Part shown: positions 41,903 through 54,988 of the stretch, piece by piece | Numbering within the stretch: position 1 is the stretch's first letter | Layout of the letters: each line of letters begins with the position of its first letter | Assembly: GCF_009914755.1 (NCBI RefSeq) | Contig: NC_060933.1 | DNA from: the human T2T-CHM13v2.0 reference genome, Homo sapiens | Length of the DNA: 64,000 nt | Strand: one strand, 5' to 3' | Position numbers and translations under genes: made by a program | The notes under the pieces: generated by a model | What the model saw: only the letters and a program-made list of their open reading frames with translations | What the model was told of the DNA's origin: nothing | Databases searched by the model: none

Positions 41903-42567
41903 TGTGATCTGAGAGACCAAAATAAAAGCTCTTTTATTGACTAAGATGAATCCTAAGGTTAAAGAAACAGAAGTTACCCATGGGTTGAGGGTTCAGGGAT
42001 CAGCTGGCATGGCAACTTCCTAAATTTCTACAGCTATAAGGAGAACCATATTCTTGCTAAACTCTATAACTAGGAGCTACTGTGAAAATTATCAGCTGAT
42101 TGACAACCCAGACCACTACAATGCTGATTGGACAGAAGAACAGCCCTACAAACATTCTTTCCTGATAAGCAACTGCAGACCTTAAGCCAATTTCAGCAGC
42201 TTATAGAGACTCCACACAAACTGTCTTTGTGTCCTATAGTTCACCTTTTGATGTAAAGAGCCAAATTTCACCTCATTTTAACGCTAAAACCTGGCCCCAA
42301 AGTGAACATGCGATGTATGTTATATATACATTTGCCCATTGAACATGCATTCCACTCCCCCCATAAATACGTATAACCTTTCCCCAAAACCTCTATTGTG
42401 TGATGCAGGCCCTGTGAGGAATAAAACCCAACCTACCCTTTCCCTCTTTGAAGAGAGAGCACCTTCAGTCCACACGCGAGACTGCCCCTTCCCAGTGTGC
42501 AAACTGATATCACCAATAAAACTCTCTTTTCTGTTATTTAGCCATCCTGGTGGTCTTTTGGACAACA
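41903..42567 (+). mobile_element. MER72-like (MER4-group ERV1) solo LTR
   Basis: TG...CA ends, AATAAA near 42515, TSD-like tggc/tggg. Confidence 0.7.
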
Positions 42568-42636
42568 TGGGAAAGCACACAAACTAGACCCTTGGAAAAG
42601 CAGATCTTTCACCGTCTGCCAGAGAGGGCATCTCAC

Positions 42637-43255
42637 CTTAGCTGGTTACCTCCATTCGGAGGCTGTGTTCACAGTGCAACAGTGAGAGAAATATAACATA
42701 GCTGATTTCATCTTGCTTCTAGCCTCAAAAGTTGACTGCCTTTATTTGTTCCTGCCTGTAAGCCACGCTAAGTGTAGGAGGAATTCAGTTTAACATTAAA
42801 GCAAGGATGATAATAGTCCCTTCCCAAAACTAAGCCCCAAAGAGATGAGGAGAGCATACACACAAGTAACAATATTATGTTAAAGATTTATAGGAGCACT
42901 GTGACCTGACCAAGGACAAAGATGTTTTGCAACCCCCTCAGACTCCGGCTGACACCCAGATATCTGTGGTCACCTGCAATATCCTGACCACAACCCCCTT
43001 CTTGTTCCCCCTTTCCCAATATAAAAAGAAGCCTGAGATTCATGCCTTTAAGATGGTTCTTTAGGACACTAGTCTGCCATCTTCTTGGTTTGCTGCCTCT
43101 CCAAAATAAAGTCGCCTTTCTCACCCGAACACCTTGTCTCTTGACTTACTGGCTGTCATGAGGCAAACAGTATAAGCTTTGGATTTGGCCACAACTGCAT
43201 CTCCAAGTAGACAACATCAAGGCATTTTGGTTCCAACAACTCCAGTAACACTGGC
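42637..43255 (-). pseudogene. GC pseudo-exon D split by an LTR: (GPV)VTGVVGTKMP*CCLLGDA|VNTAS(R)MEVTS*
   Basis: Halves 43194-43255 and 42637-42674; acceptor tttttctcactgactAG, donor G|GTGAGA; TGA, TAA and three inferred 1-nt deletions. Confidence 0.93.
42675..43193 (+). mobile_element. ERV1 solo LTR (LTR8/LTR51-like) inserted in GC exon D
   Basis: TGCAACAGTGAGAGAAATATAACATAGCTGA...CA; TATAAAA and AATAAA present; 4-bp TSD ACAG/ACTG. Confidence 0.8.
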
Positions 43256-44189
43256 CTAGTCAGTGAGAAAAATTCATGGATTGAGAATCTACAAGCCTAT
43301 GAAGGAAGTTATAAATCAAGTCTAGAGTAAGAAAACATGAAACACTTAATGTGTGTCAAATTTGTGCCACATGCTTTGCACTTCCTTTTATCATCCTAAC
43401 AACCTTGACGGGTAAGCACTGTCATCCCCATTTTAGGTCACACAGACAGGAAAGCTCAAAGCTATGATCCAAAAAGGTGTCTGTTTAATTTCAAAGCCTG
43501 TTCTCTTTTCACTGTACAATGCCACATACTTAACTTTGAGGAGTAACTAATCAGCCTTTAACTCTTGTTTCTTTACTCCCTAAGGGAATGCAGCCATTTG
43601 TTTAGCATTCAGAGGATTTGCTCTGTGGTTCAGGCAGCAAACATTTTACAAGGGGTGTGTAATTAAATGAGGTAGAGATTGATGGAGAAGATTATGCTTT
43701 GAAGTTAACACATCTGGTTTAAACATGTTGAAAGTGGTGTCCATGTAAGATATGCAGATGGAGGGGTCTAAGGGACATTTGTCACCATTGCCCTATAGCT
43801 CGCGAGAGGTCTAGGATAAAGATAATGACCTGGGAGTTTTCATCAGCAAAGAACTGTTTGCAAACCATAAATGTGGATGAAATTGCCCAACTTGAATAGA
43901 AAGATTGAGTAGACAGAGGGCCAAAAACAAAGTCCTAAAACCATCAGAGAAGAAGGAAACAGTAGAAGAGACCTGGAGAAAAGTCAGCCCAAAAGGTAGG
44001 AAGGGAGAAAAGAGAATGGTGAGTGGAGAAGAGGGAAGAGATGGAAGAGATGGTAAATAGCATCCCGTGCCTCAGCAGGATCAAGTGAAGTGAGAAGTAA
44101 TAAAAGGCCTCAGGGCAAGGTAATGCTTCAGGGCAGAGGATAATTTATAATGGATTGAGGAGCAGAAACAATCAATGGAGATGACTTTA

Positions 44190-44410
44190 AGAATAACAAC
44201 TAATATTTCAGAGTGCTTAATAGAAGCCAGGCACCTTTTACATACGGTACCTCACTTAATCCTTATAGCTACCCCATGAGTAAAGTACTCTTACCATCTC
44301 CACTTGATGGATGAGGAAAACAAGGCACAAGGAGGTGACACAATTTACCCAATATCTCAAATCTAGTAAATAGCAACAATCTGATTTGAATCCAGGCAGT
44401 CTGACTTTCT
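44190..44410 (-). mobile_element. MIR within a degenerate reverse L2 region (~43600-44600)
   Basis: ctcacttaatcctt...gatgaggaaaacaaggcaca...atttgaatccaggcagtctgact. Confidence 0.6.
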
Positions 44411-45023
44411 TATCCTGAGGCTAAATTGCTTCTCTAAGTAGAAGGAAAAACAAGACAGGATTAAACTTAAGTAAGAGAAGGTGCCAAAAGAGGTTTTCTA
44501 TGCATGTTTGATTTTGGATGGGAAAGTTCTGAGTATGTTTTTAGACTGAGAGAAAGGGATCAGTGGAGAAAGTCTGAAGATCTGAGAAAGAAAAAAAAGT
44601 CAATAGAACAAGGTCCCATAGGAAGAAGGCAAGATCAGAAGCAATTCTTTATCTAATATTAACTCCCCAAATCCTCAGTGAATGCCTGTGTGCCAGGCTC
44701 GGCTTGGCACTGGGGAATCAATGGTGAACTTGATTCCCAAAGGGGCCCTGACCTCAGGAAGCGTCGAGGCTAGCAGTGGGGCGACAGGTGAGAAACAAGG
44801 GAAGAGACAAACATAGGCCATGGTATGTGTGGTGAAGGAAACAAACCAAGTGCTGGATAAAACATTATCTTCCATAAATGGTGACACTAAAACTGAAACC
44901 TGAAGTTTGGGAAACAGCCTTATAGAGACTGGAGGGGAGAGGTCAAGGTGGGGAGTCACGGGGAGAAGGGGACAAGGTGCTGCAAGAGGAAAGCAGAATC
45001 CGCCGGGATGTCTTAAAAATACT

Positions 45024-45193
45024 CCTGGGAGGATGAGGGATAAAAAACTACATATTGGGTACAATGGACACTACTCAGATGATGGGTGCACTAAAATTTC
45101 AGACTTCACTATACAATTCATCCACGTTACCAAAAACCACTTGTAACCCTGAAACTATTGAAATAAAAATAAATAAATAAAATTAAATAAACA
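45024..45193 (+). mobile_element. L1PB/L1MA 3' end fragment
   Basis: gataaaaaactacatattgggtacaatg...aaaaccacttgta; TSD AAAAATACT at 45015 and 45194. Confidence 0.8.
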
Positions 45194-45228
45194 AAAAATA
45201 CTGTTGACCAGATCTCACCTCATACAAA

Positions 45229-45630
45229 TGTGAAAGAAAAATAGAATCTCAGGACCCCAAATTCACTATGCCAAAGGGAAAGTTAAACTTGGGAACTGAG
45301 TCATGCAAAAACTGCCTTCCTTTTGTTCCCAGATAGCTGTAATTTCGCATGCTTACTTTAGCTTATGTAAAATGTAGATTTCCTGAGCGCTAATCAGAGC
45401 CTCACAAGAATGTAACCACTGGCCTCATTGCTTGCTGTCTCTTTTTTTTCCTTCCCTTCCTGCTTGCTTTTTCTCCTTTACATATTAATGTTTCCAAAAC
45501 CATCTTTGGAAAAGGTGCAAGTCACAGGTCCTACCATGATTTTTGTTTCTTCTTCCTGGGTGCATTCTCAACCTTGGCAAAATGAACCTCTAATTAATTG
45601 AGATCTGCTTCAGTCACTTTTTGGTTTGCA
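45229..45630 (+). mobile_element. MER4-family ERV1 LTR
   Basis: tgtgaaagaaaaatagaatctcaggaccccaaattcactatgccaaaggga...tttttggtttgca. Confidence 0.75.
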
Positions 45631-46620
45631 CCGATTAAAGCAGAGTGCCTGGTGGAGGCACCTGGGCATGGTTATGCTTTTGAGCTTCCCAGTGCAATCT
45701 GGGAAGAGAACTACCATTTTAGGGCAAGCATTTCTTGAAGACCGCAGTAAGGAGTTTGCTTTTTAGTGAGGATGTAATTGGAAGTATCTGGGAGGTTTCA
45801 AGCAGAAAAATGACATCCTCACCTTCACTGGTTTAAACTATCAAAAGAACTCGTTGGTGGAAAGAAACCAGCTTTATGAAAGAGGAAACTCTTTTCTAAA
45901 ACAAGAACAAAAGATGGAGAAAGAAGTACTTTTATAGATAAGTTTAAAAGTGAAAAGGAAAGTTTACATCTAAGAACTTCTGTTTTCTCTAAGAAAGGAA
46001 AGACTTGGTCCCACCTGCAATGATTGAGGGGCATGTGGGTGTGGCTCAAAGGAGAAATGGGAGATCAGAAACAGCCAACAAAGGGAACAGGAAAGGAAGA
46101 CATCTGGTCAATAAGAAGAGCTAGAGGCACCAGGAGCCTCAGCCCTGAAACCAGCTCCTTAGGGAGTTTATCTTAGGTGGAGCCCTCGTCATCAGGTGAG
46201 GTTATGTAAGCATCTCTGCTGTGCACAAGGAGAATCTGAGGCCTGTTAGACTGACCAAGAGACACAAGCTGTAGAGCAAGTGCAGGTTAAAAAAGAGGTG
46301 GCACAGAGTTGAGCATTGTCAACAGGAAACCACTCTAGAGATTGATCATGGATTCCAGGCTGCATGAGAAAGAAAAGCTTGTTAGGCTGGAACAGTTGAG
46401 ATCCCGGAGCCTTGGAGCAGCTGAAGAACAAATAGATTTAGTGAGACAGAGAGAAGAGATGGAAGATGTGGACCCAGGGTGGGACTTATTTTTTTAAAGG
46501 AGCAGTTTCAAGCAATGATGAGGTCTGGGTTGTGACCACAGGAACAGCAGCAGCAGCATCTAGTTTACCCACCACAGTGTTCAGAGAACCATGCAAGTCA
46601 ACAGACTTTTGTTTATGAAC

Positions 46621-47005
46621 TGAAGGGTTCAGAACATGACACAACAAAGTATGCCACTTTGGTATAAAGATATTTTGAGCTGAAGGCAGGTGAGAATCAG
46701 CAGACACAGAAAAAAAGCTCTCGGCCAGGCGCGGTGGCTCACGCCTGTAATCCCAGCACTTTGGGAGGCCAAGGCGGGCGGATCACGAGGTCAGGAGATC
46801 GAGACCATCCTGGCTAACACAGTGAAACCCCGTCTCTACTAAAAATACAAAAAATTAGCCGCGCGAGGTGGCGGGCGCCTGCAGTCCCAGCCACTCTGGA
46901 GGCTGAGACAGGAGAATGGCGTGAACCCCTGGGGGCGGAGCCTGCAGTGAGCCGAGATTGCGCCACTGCACTCCAGCCTGGGCGACAGTGAGACTCCGTC
47001 TCAAA

Positions 47006-47037
<32 letters not shown>

Positions 47038-47447
47038 AAAGCTCTCTACCCTCCTCCTATTTGCCTAAAAGAAGGGCATAAATTTCCTAGACCCTTATCA
47101 TCCCAGAAATAGTACTGAGAGAAACCTGCATCACAAACGTTACTTAAATAACCCTTATCTTCCATTAGTTTCTTCCACATATTTGCCGTCCCACAATTTA
47201 CTGCCACTAGAAGCTCAAACCCCTTTCCTTTGTCTTGTCAATTATCTGCAAATGTATTGCCCTTTGTTAAAAGGGCAAAAATAACTGTCGGGTCTAACTA
47301 CTTCTTTCGGTTTTTATTTCATTTTTGTGAGCCCCTCGTATGCATATAAAATAAACCTTTTTCTCCTGTTAATCTCTCTTTTGTCAGTTCAATTCCAGTC
47401 ATTGAACCTAAGAGTGCAGAGGAAAAAGCCTTTATTTCTGTCTGACA
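46621..47447 (+). mobile_element. MER34-family LTR interrupted by AluY
   Basis: tgaagggttcagaacatg...aagtatgccactttgg; aataaaacctttttctcctgttaatct. Confidence 0.7.
46723..47031 (+). mobile_element. AluYe-type (AluYe5-like) young Alu
   Basis: gcgaggtggcgggcgcc, gaacccctgggggcggagcctgcag, gacagtgagac; exact 15-bp TSD AGAAAAAAAGCTCTC. Confidence 0.85.
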
Positions 47448-48197
47448 GGACATTAGTTAGCTTCTGAATTAAAAGTGCTCTACAACCTCCAAGCATTAGA
47501 GTATTATTGTTATGAGATACTGGGGAGATAGACTTGAGTCATATGCTTGATGGTGTTCTGGCACCTTCCTTGAAGCATTTAAACCCTGAAGATCAACAAT
47601 TATTGACCTATATTATCTCAGGGGGTGGGAAAGTTCTCTTTGAAAACAATTCACACCATCATGTTATCAAAAAACTAAAATCAATGACTCAATTCAAAAT
47701 GTCACTCTGTTGCTGACACCCAGTCCTGACAACTCCCCTGGTTATTTCTGTCTTGGAAACAAGCCTGTCAACATCTTGGTTGGCCAATTGCAAGATTCTT
47801 TCCCCAGTCAACTGGAAGTTCGATTGTGAAGCCCAGCTGAAAACTTAGGAACCACTTTGGAGAAGTGAAGGTGAGAAATAAAAACTAAAGCTTCAAGCCC
47901 CCTGCTGTGAAGAGCACCACAGTGAAGAGTTAAGATTACTGGCTCAGTGATGAGATCTGGCATCAAGATACATCTCCAACTTACCAGATGGGTAGACTTC
48001 CACAAATTTGATTCTTACTGTCCTCTTCTGTAGAGTGTATTCATAATACCTACTTGGTCTTTCCAAGGTATTTATGAATCCACTTCATAATACCTATGAA
48101 TGAAACCTTTGTTACAAAGGTTAAACAAGATCAAGTACATAAAGCACTAAGCACAGGGTTTGACACATAGCAAACATTCATTAAACAGTAGTTACTT

Positions 48198-48243
48198 TTA
48201 TTATTATTATTATCATTATTATTATTATTATTATTACTATTAT
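48198..48243 (+). repeat. (TTA)n microsatellite at the end of a MIR (~47990-48195, +)
   Basis: Direct reading. Confidence 0.85.
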
Positions 48244-48509
48244 CAGGTTCCCAAATAGTATGCCGAGAGTAATGAACTGCTTCCAAGTTATTGCTGAGGG
48301 ATTGTAGCCACTTTAAAGAGCTCTCCAAAGTGATTACACAGCAGCTGGAGGGTGCAGGTAGGAGAGCCCTGATTTGTAGCTACATGCAATTTCATGCTAT
48401 TACATGATATCTATCTCTGGGTGCACATTTTGCTCTCAGGAGTCATATAAGGTAGCTCCCATTCACCTCTGGATGGTTGTCTGAGATTTACTCCCAAAGG
48501 TCTTTGGGA

Positions 48510-50110
48510 ATTCATTCATCTGTTCACTTAATGCATGTAGATATGCATATATAGAGATACATAGATGTATCTCAAACACCTACTCTATTGTGGGTCAAAC
48601 ATCTACCATGCAAAGAGGATTTTAAAAATAAAGAAGACTGGCCCTTCCTTCCCCCAGAGCCTGTGATCAAGGAGGGGTGGGCAATTAGGCAGCCATGACA
48701 ACATTGAGAGGTAGAAGCCATGAGGAAAGAGCAGTGTGGCCAGGAAGTTCAGGGAGGGGTACCTCACCCATATGAGAGTTTAGAGAAGGCTCCTAGTCTA
48801 GACACTGAGCAGTAGGTAGACAGGAAAGGTGAGAGCTGTGGGTGTGTTGAGCAGAGGAAGAGTGAGTGCTAAGGCACCGTGGCCTGAAGGTGTGAGCAGA
48901 TACTAAGAGGTTAGTATGAGTGAGCATGGCACAGGGCAGAAACCCCATCATCTAACCCCACCCAGGCCATGCAGGGTCTGTGAGCAGTGGAGAACCAATA
49001 TGGAGTTTTAAATAGAAGCATGAGAGGGTTGGGTTTGCCTTTTAGAAAGATTGCTCTGATGCATTATGTAATTTAAAACAAATTTTTTTAAGTGGAGAAA
49101 AGAAAGATAAGCCTGGTTATAGTGTAGATTTAAAAAGTAGTGGGGGAGGGATGGGTAAGACTGGAGGCAGGGAGCACCACTTGGAGGCTGTTCCTATCAT
49201 CTGAGCAAGGGACGATGGTGCCCTGCCCCAGGGATGGAGAGAAGGACAGTGATGAAGATTCAGGACCTGGTAACTGCTAGGAGTGGTGGGAGAGGGAGAA
49301 GGAGGGGTCGAGAATGACGTCCAGGTGTGTCTGCCCTGGTGGATGGACATGCCATTCTCTGAAAAGCTGAAAATGGGAGGAAAAGAAGCAGTACTGAAGT
49401 GGGGAAGAGTATGGGGTTCAGTATTGGACATGTTGAGGTGGAGGTGCCTAAGAGACACTACTCGAGGATGACAAGCAGGAGTGAAATAATTCCACCTGGT
49501 ATGCAGGAAGAAATCCGAGCTGGCAACAGAGTCTTCAGGGTCTCTGGCACAGAGGTCCCAGCATAAGCCACGGGGGCAGTTTAGAGCATCCATAGAGGGG
49601 GAGTAGTTAGGACAGGGCAGGGCTTAGGGTAGGACTATGAGTATCATCAACTTTACATCCCCAGGAGGAGCACCTGTAGGAGCCTGAGAAGGATCAACCA
49701 GATACATCAAAAGAAAACCTGGAAAATGAGGAATGGTGACGCTCAAATGAAAACTGTTTCAAGAAGGAAGAATGAGGCCGGGCGCAGTGGCTCATGCCTG
49801 TAATCACTAGCACTTTGGGAGGCTGAGGCAGTCAGATCACTTGAGGTCAGGAGTTTGAGACCAGCCTAGCCAAATGCCAAAACCCCTCTCTAAGTTTACA
49901 GAGACCTGAGCATGTTTAAAGGCTAACAGGGAGAAGTCAGTAAAGAGGAGGAGGCTGAGGGGGCAGGAAGAAGATGTAACATGGGCCAGGCTGAGCCTGA
50001 AAGGAGCTGAGCCCGGGCTTCCAGTCACCTCTCCATAGTGGAGACAGCCCTAAGGGTCTCAGATCACCCCGGAGTTCACCATCCCAGTGAGGAGGAGAAG
50101 GAAGACAAGG
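48510..50110 (-). mobile_element. L2 fragments, with an isolated Alu left arm (49776-49892, +)
   Basis: ggttcagtattggacatgttgaggtggaggtgcctaagagaca, gaatgacgtccaggt and other reverse L2 motifs. Confidence 0.7.
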
Positions 50111-51709
50111 CAGGAAGGGACAAAGGAACATGTAAGTTGTTAGACAACTGGGACCACACCAGTTTGTAAGTTACTAGTACCAGGCCCCAATTATTTAAAG
50201 CACCACCATTTTGGGGTAGTGTGACTAAAACTTATTTTTAAAGTTATTCCATGAAACAAAGTTTTCTAGTTTTTTACCAGAATACATTTTTAGATCCTGT
50301 AAATGCTTAGAAAAGGGAATCCCAACTGGCAGCCTGTACATCCAATCCAGCTGGCATATAAGTATTTTGCCTAAACAGTGTTAGAAAATATAGGAAATTT
50401 CACTTAAAAATCTAGACTGCTAAATTCTTTTGAAAACGAAGATCTGGCAACACCAGCACTGCATGGCATCCCTCAGATATCTGAGTGGCTGCTCTGCCCC
50501 CATTGAAAAGGGGCAAATGCACTCCATCCAGCTTGTCATAGCCTCCCCAAGCCTCTTTCCTGGCCCCAAGAGGCAAACTCCTCTGCCCTTGCAAAAGGGT
50601 GGGTCCCATGGTGCTGTTGTCTGTCCCAGCCCTACCTTGTGATGGAGAACCTTCCATGTGCCAAGCAGAGTTTGAAGGCACTGGGGATACAGCAGTAGCT
50701 GCTACACTCTTCCTGTCCACAGAGCTTAGAAACTGGGGAGGCCAATGGAGCTCTAATCTCAGCAGGGTGGGGCTGCTGGCATCCTTTAACAGCGCAGATT
50801 TAACTTTGCATGTAGGGAATATTCCAGCTGTCTGCTCATCCCACACACCCACTGATGAACAAAAGCACATTCAGAATGGATGCTCAACTCACTATAGAGA
50901 TTTTGACACGAATTTCCTGGAGTTTGACATTGTATTGTGACACATTGCTTTAGCAATCAGGTCAGACCACTGTCTGAAGAGGGCAGGGAGGTGAATAATT
51001 CAGTGTGATACAAGAGAATTTAAAAGAGCACTGGAATGTTTTTGGCAATAGCAGTCTCATTGCAATCCTTCATTTTTCTTTACAAGCTGGAGTCATTTCC
51101 AATATTGTGCCGGTATCTGACCTGGTCTTTGCCGGACTCAACTGAAGATAGATTAAAACAATAGAGCAGGTATGACCCGCAGGGCTCAGAGGATTTATTT
51201 GTTTTCCTAAAACTCTTGCAGCTGATCATTTGGCCACTGTAAGCATCTGCCTGCCTGTGTCCCTTGAGGGTACTATTTTAAGGAGAAGGTGCTTTGTGGA
51301 ACAGAAGGGATTTTTCACTACCGAGACTTCCCCTATTCCTTCTGCAGAGACAATGGGGAAAATACATTTGATAAAGTTTTAGTGGGAACTGAAAAAGGCA
51401 CATCACATAAAAGTATGACCTTTATCTTTTGCAGTAGAATTAATTTTCACTGAACAAGAAGCAAAGAAGGATGAAAACACCTAAGGTCCCGAAGAACTTA
51501 ATACAATAAAACAAAACCATAATATTCCTGTTTTGAGAACTAGTGCTAATCAGAAACTCTGAAGGGGTATGGACATGGAGGTAAGGGAAGCAGGCTGTTC
51601 TAAATTTCTGGCAAAGACAGTAACAGGATTTGGAAGTGAGCTCACGAAGGCTGCTCTGTTGACCCAGTGGACCTCCCTCCCTTCCTCCCTCCCTCTGTTC
51701 CAAACCAAG

Positions 51710-51950
51710 GTAATGGCATAGCACAGTGAAGTATGGATTAGGGACTGTTTGCCTGGGACAGACCTGGATTTGAACCCCAGCTCTGCTACTAACTAGCTGG
51801 GTAACCTTGTTACCCAACCTCCCTAAGCTTTAGCTTCCTCACTTATCAAAGGGGATTCTTAATACATATTTCAGAGGATTGTGGTGAGAATGGAATAAAA
51901 AGCGTTTGTAAAGTAGCTGGTCCGTAGCAAGTATTCAGTAAGGGGCACCA
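51710..51950 (+). mobile_element. MIR
   Basis: cagacctggatttgaaccccagctctgctactaactagctgggtaaccttg. Confidence 0.7.
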
Positions 51951-52229
51951 AGAAACAGACAGTTCTGAGTGTACAGTCAAATATAATAATATTGAGGACC
52001 TTTTCATAATATCAGTTATCAAAATTTGACATCTGAATTCCTGTATTCCTAATCTAATTTTCAAACTATTCAAGTGTCCATTATGTAAATCTAAAGAACC
52101 ACTATAAAAGCTAAGGTGAGAGCTTGAGGGGAGGGATACTGGGAGGGAAAAGGGATAAAGACAGATGTGAGAGGGAGAATTACTTTTTACTGTTCCCTTT
52201 TACACACTTAGAAATTATTTCCATCTGTA

Positions 52230-52680
52230 TTATGGTATAATTTAGAAACAATTAGACTGACCCATTTTAAGTGTACAGTTTAATGAATTTGGAAAATGAA
52301 TATAATCATGTCATTATGTAACCACTCACTCAAGATATACAACAGCGGTAACACCCTAAAAATACCCTGTGCCCCTTTGCAGTCAATAACCTCCTCCACA
52401 CAGGCCCAGGCAATACCCATCTGCTCTCTGACATGATCTTTTTGCCTCTTCTAGAATATCATATAAATGGAATCATACATTATGTGGTATTTGGCCTTTT
52501 GCTTAGTATGTTTTTGAAATTCGTCCACATCGTGGCCTGTATTACTATTTCATTCTGTTTTATGGCCGAGCAATTATCCATAGTATGGCTATATAACAAT
52601 GTGTTGATCCATTCACCAGTTGATGGACATTTAGGTTGTTCCCAGTTTGGGGCTCTCACGAATAATGCTGCTGTTACAAA
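52230..52680 (-). mobile_element. L1M (L1MB/ME) 3' fragment
   Basis: ccattcaccagttgatggacatttaggttgttcccagtttgggg; ORF remnant WEQPKCPSTGEWIN. Confidence 0.8.
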
Positions 52681-53097
52681 TCTGTGTTGCACCATTTACA
52701 TTTTGCTCCAAATGCATGTATTCACACTTTAAAGATCAGAGTGTGGGAAGAATCACCTCTCTGAATAACTAGAACCTGGAATAAATGAATATAATTACCG
52801 TTTGGCTGGCCAAGATTTATATAACTTCTCTCCACATTCAATACTCAGTGTCTTTTTATGTATTATGTATGTAAATATACAAGAAGTATATGTCTTCTGC
52901 TAAGCAGTATACATCTGGTTTATTTCCCCAACAGACAACATGAATCAAATCACTATGATGATGTTAAATATTTCCCTATGGCCTTAAGAGTGTTTGATTT
53001 TCTTAAAAACCAATCTTTAACAACTGCATGCAGCAACATGCAGGAGATACGAATACTCACATTAGGAACAAAAGAATACATAAGTTCAAATACAGGA

Positions 53098-53499
53098 TGC
53101 TATGGTTTGAATGTGCGTTCCCTCCAAAACTCATGTTGAAACGTAATCCCCAAGGTAGCAGTATGGAGAGGCCTTTAAGGGGTGATTGGGACATAAGAGA
53201 TTTGCCCTCGTGAATGGACTAACTAATTCATGGATTAGTGGGCTATAATGGGAGTGGGACTGGTGGCTTTATAAGAAGAGTAAGTGAGATCAGAGCACTC
53301 TCAGCCCCTCACCATGCGATGCCCTGTGCAGCCTTGGAACTCTGCAGAGGGTCCTTAACAACAATAAGACCCTCATCAGATGTGGCCCCTTGACTTTGAA
53401 CTTCTCAGCCTTCATAACTGTAAGAAATAAATTTATTTTATTTATAAATTATCCAGTTTCTGTTATTTTATTATAAGCAACAGAAAACAGCCTAAGACA
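53098..53499 (+). mobile_element. MSTC-like MaLR LTR nested in an L1ME-type fragment (~53020-53745)
   Basis: tgctatggtttgaatgtg...cctaagaca; TSD cagga/caggt. Confidence 0.8.
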
Positions 53500-53856
53500 C
53501 AGGTAAAATTAATTTGTGGAGATAAAAATTAGATAAGTGGTTACCTCTGGCAGGAGTCAGATGTATTGATTGTTGCAGGAAGGAGGAGATGGGAAAAGGA
53601 GTGTGATCGAGTCTTAGGGTGCTGGAATTGTTCTTTATTTTCATCTAGGTGCTGGTTCCATGTTTGTATACATAGATAAAAATTCATCGAGCTGTGCAAT
53701 TAAGATGAGTGCACTTTACTGTGTATATGTTGACCTCAGTAAAAAAGTACAAAGCTAATAATAATAATCTTTCAATCTTGGATCAAAACAGATTGTATGT
53801 GTGACTGCCTGACATTATTCCTGGCACATAATAAATGGTGATTAATAAATATTCAT

Positions 53857-54145
<289 letters not shown>

Positions 54146-54314
54146 AAATAAATGTTCATTTATCTCCATTGCTTTCATTTCCAAGGAAAATGTTTGGCAA
54201 AATGTTAACATTACAAACATGGGGTTTAAATATTCACTCTTCTTTCGGCCTGCAAAGATTAGGTCACTTTTTCTCCTCTGAAAATTGATGCACTGTGGAG
54301 TATAGGGAGGAGCG

Positions 54315-54825
54315 CAGAGTGGGCTTTATACATCCTATCAGAGTGGGCTCTTTACACATCCTATCAGAGTAGGCTCTTTACACATCCTATCAGAGTGGGC
54401 TCTTTACACATCCTATCAGAGTGAGCTCTTTACACATCCTATCAGAGTGGGCTCTTCATACCTCCTATCAGAGTGGGCTCTTTATACATCCTATCAGAGT
54501 GGGCTTTACACATCCTATCAGAGTGGGCTTTACACATCCTATCAGAGTGGGCTCTTTACACATCCTATGTGAATGGGCTCTTTATACATCCTATCAGAGT
54601 GAGCTCTTTACACATCCTATCAGAGTGGGCTCTTTACACATCCTATCAGAGTAGCTCTTTATACATCCTATCAGAGTGGGCTCTTTACACATCCTATCAG
54701 AGTAGCTATTTACACATCCTATCAGAGTGGGCTCTTTACACATCCTTTCAGAGTGGGCTCTTTACCCATCCTATCAGAGTAGCTCTTTATACATCCTATC
54801 AGAGTGGGCTCTTTACACATCCTAT
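54315..54825. repeat. Minisatellite, 20 copies of a 24-26 bp unit CAGAGTGGGCTCTTTACACATCCTAT
   Basis: Units counted by hand (14 x 26, 3 x 25, 3 x 24 = 511 bp). Confidence 0.97.
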
Positions 54826-54835
54826 CTTGTCTTAC

Positions 54836-54988
54836 CCGAGTGGATCCCAGCACATATTTTCGGGTGGACATTGGACTTATGTGGAATCTCAAAAGTTTTC
54901 TGCACAGGTACTAGGTCCAGGGCCATGTTTGCTATTTCCCTAGCATGGAGGATCCCTTTGGCCTTGTGCACCCTAGATGCCACCATAT
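54836..54988 (-). pseudogene. GC pseudo-exon C (153 nt): (Y)MVASRVHKAKGILHAREIANMALDLVPVQKTFEIPHKSNVHPKICAGIHS(G)
   Basis: Matches HAxEIANMALDL...GIHSG; donor G|GTAAGA intact; acceptor reads ttttcAA instead of AG. Confidence 0.94.

Noticed and set aside
51590-51680. Minus-strand CYCLCQKFRTA as the RYCLFGDTVNTA exon
   Set aside because: Poor match with no pyrimidine tract; the real exon is at 42637-43255.
54315-54825. CRISPR-like or tetO-like array (TTTACACATCCTATCAG resembles tetO-array text)
   Set aside because: Units are head-to-tail with no unique spacers, the second half of the tetO palindrome is absent, and the context is mammalian. It is an ordinary minisatellite, and the ORFs across it are repeat artefacts.
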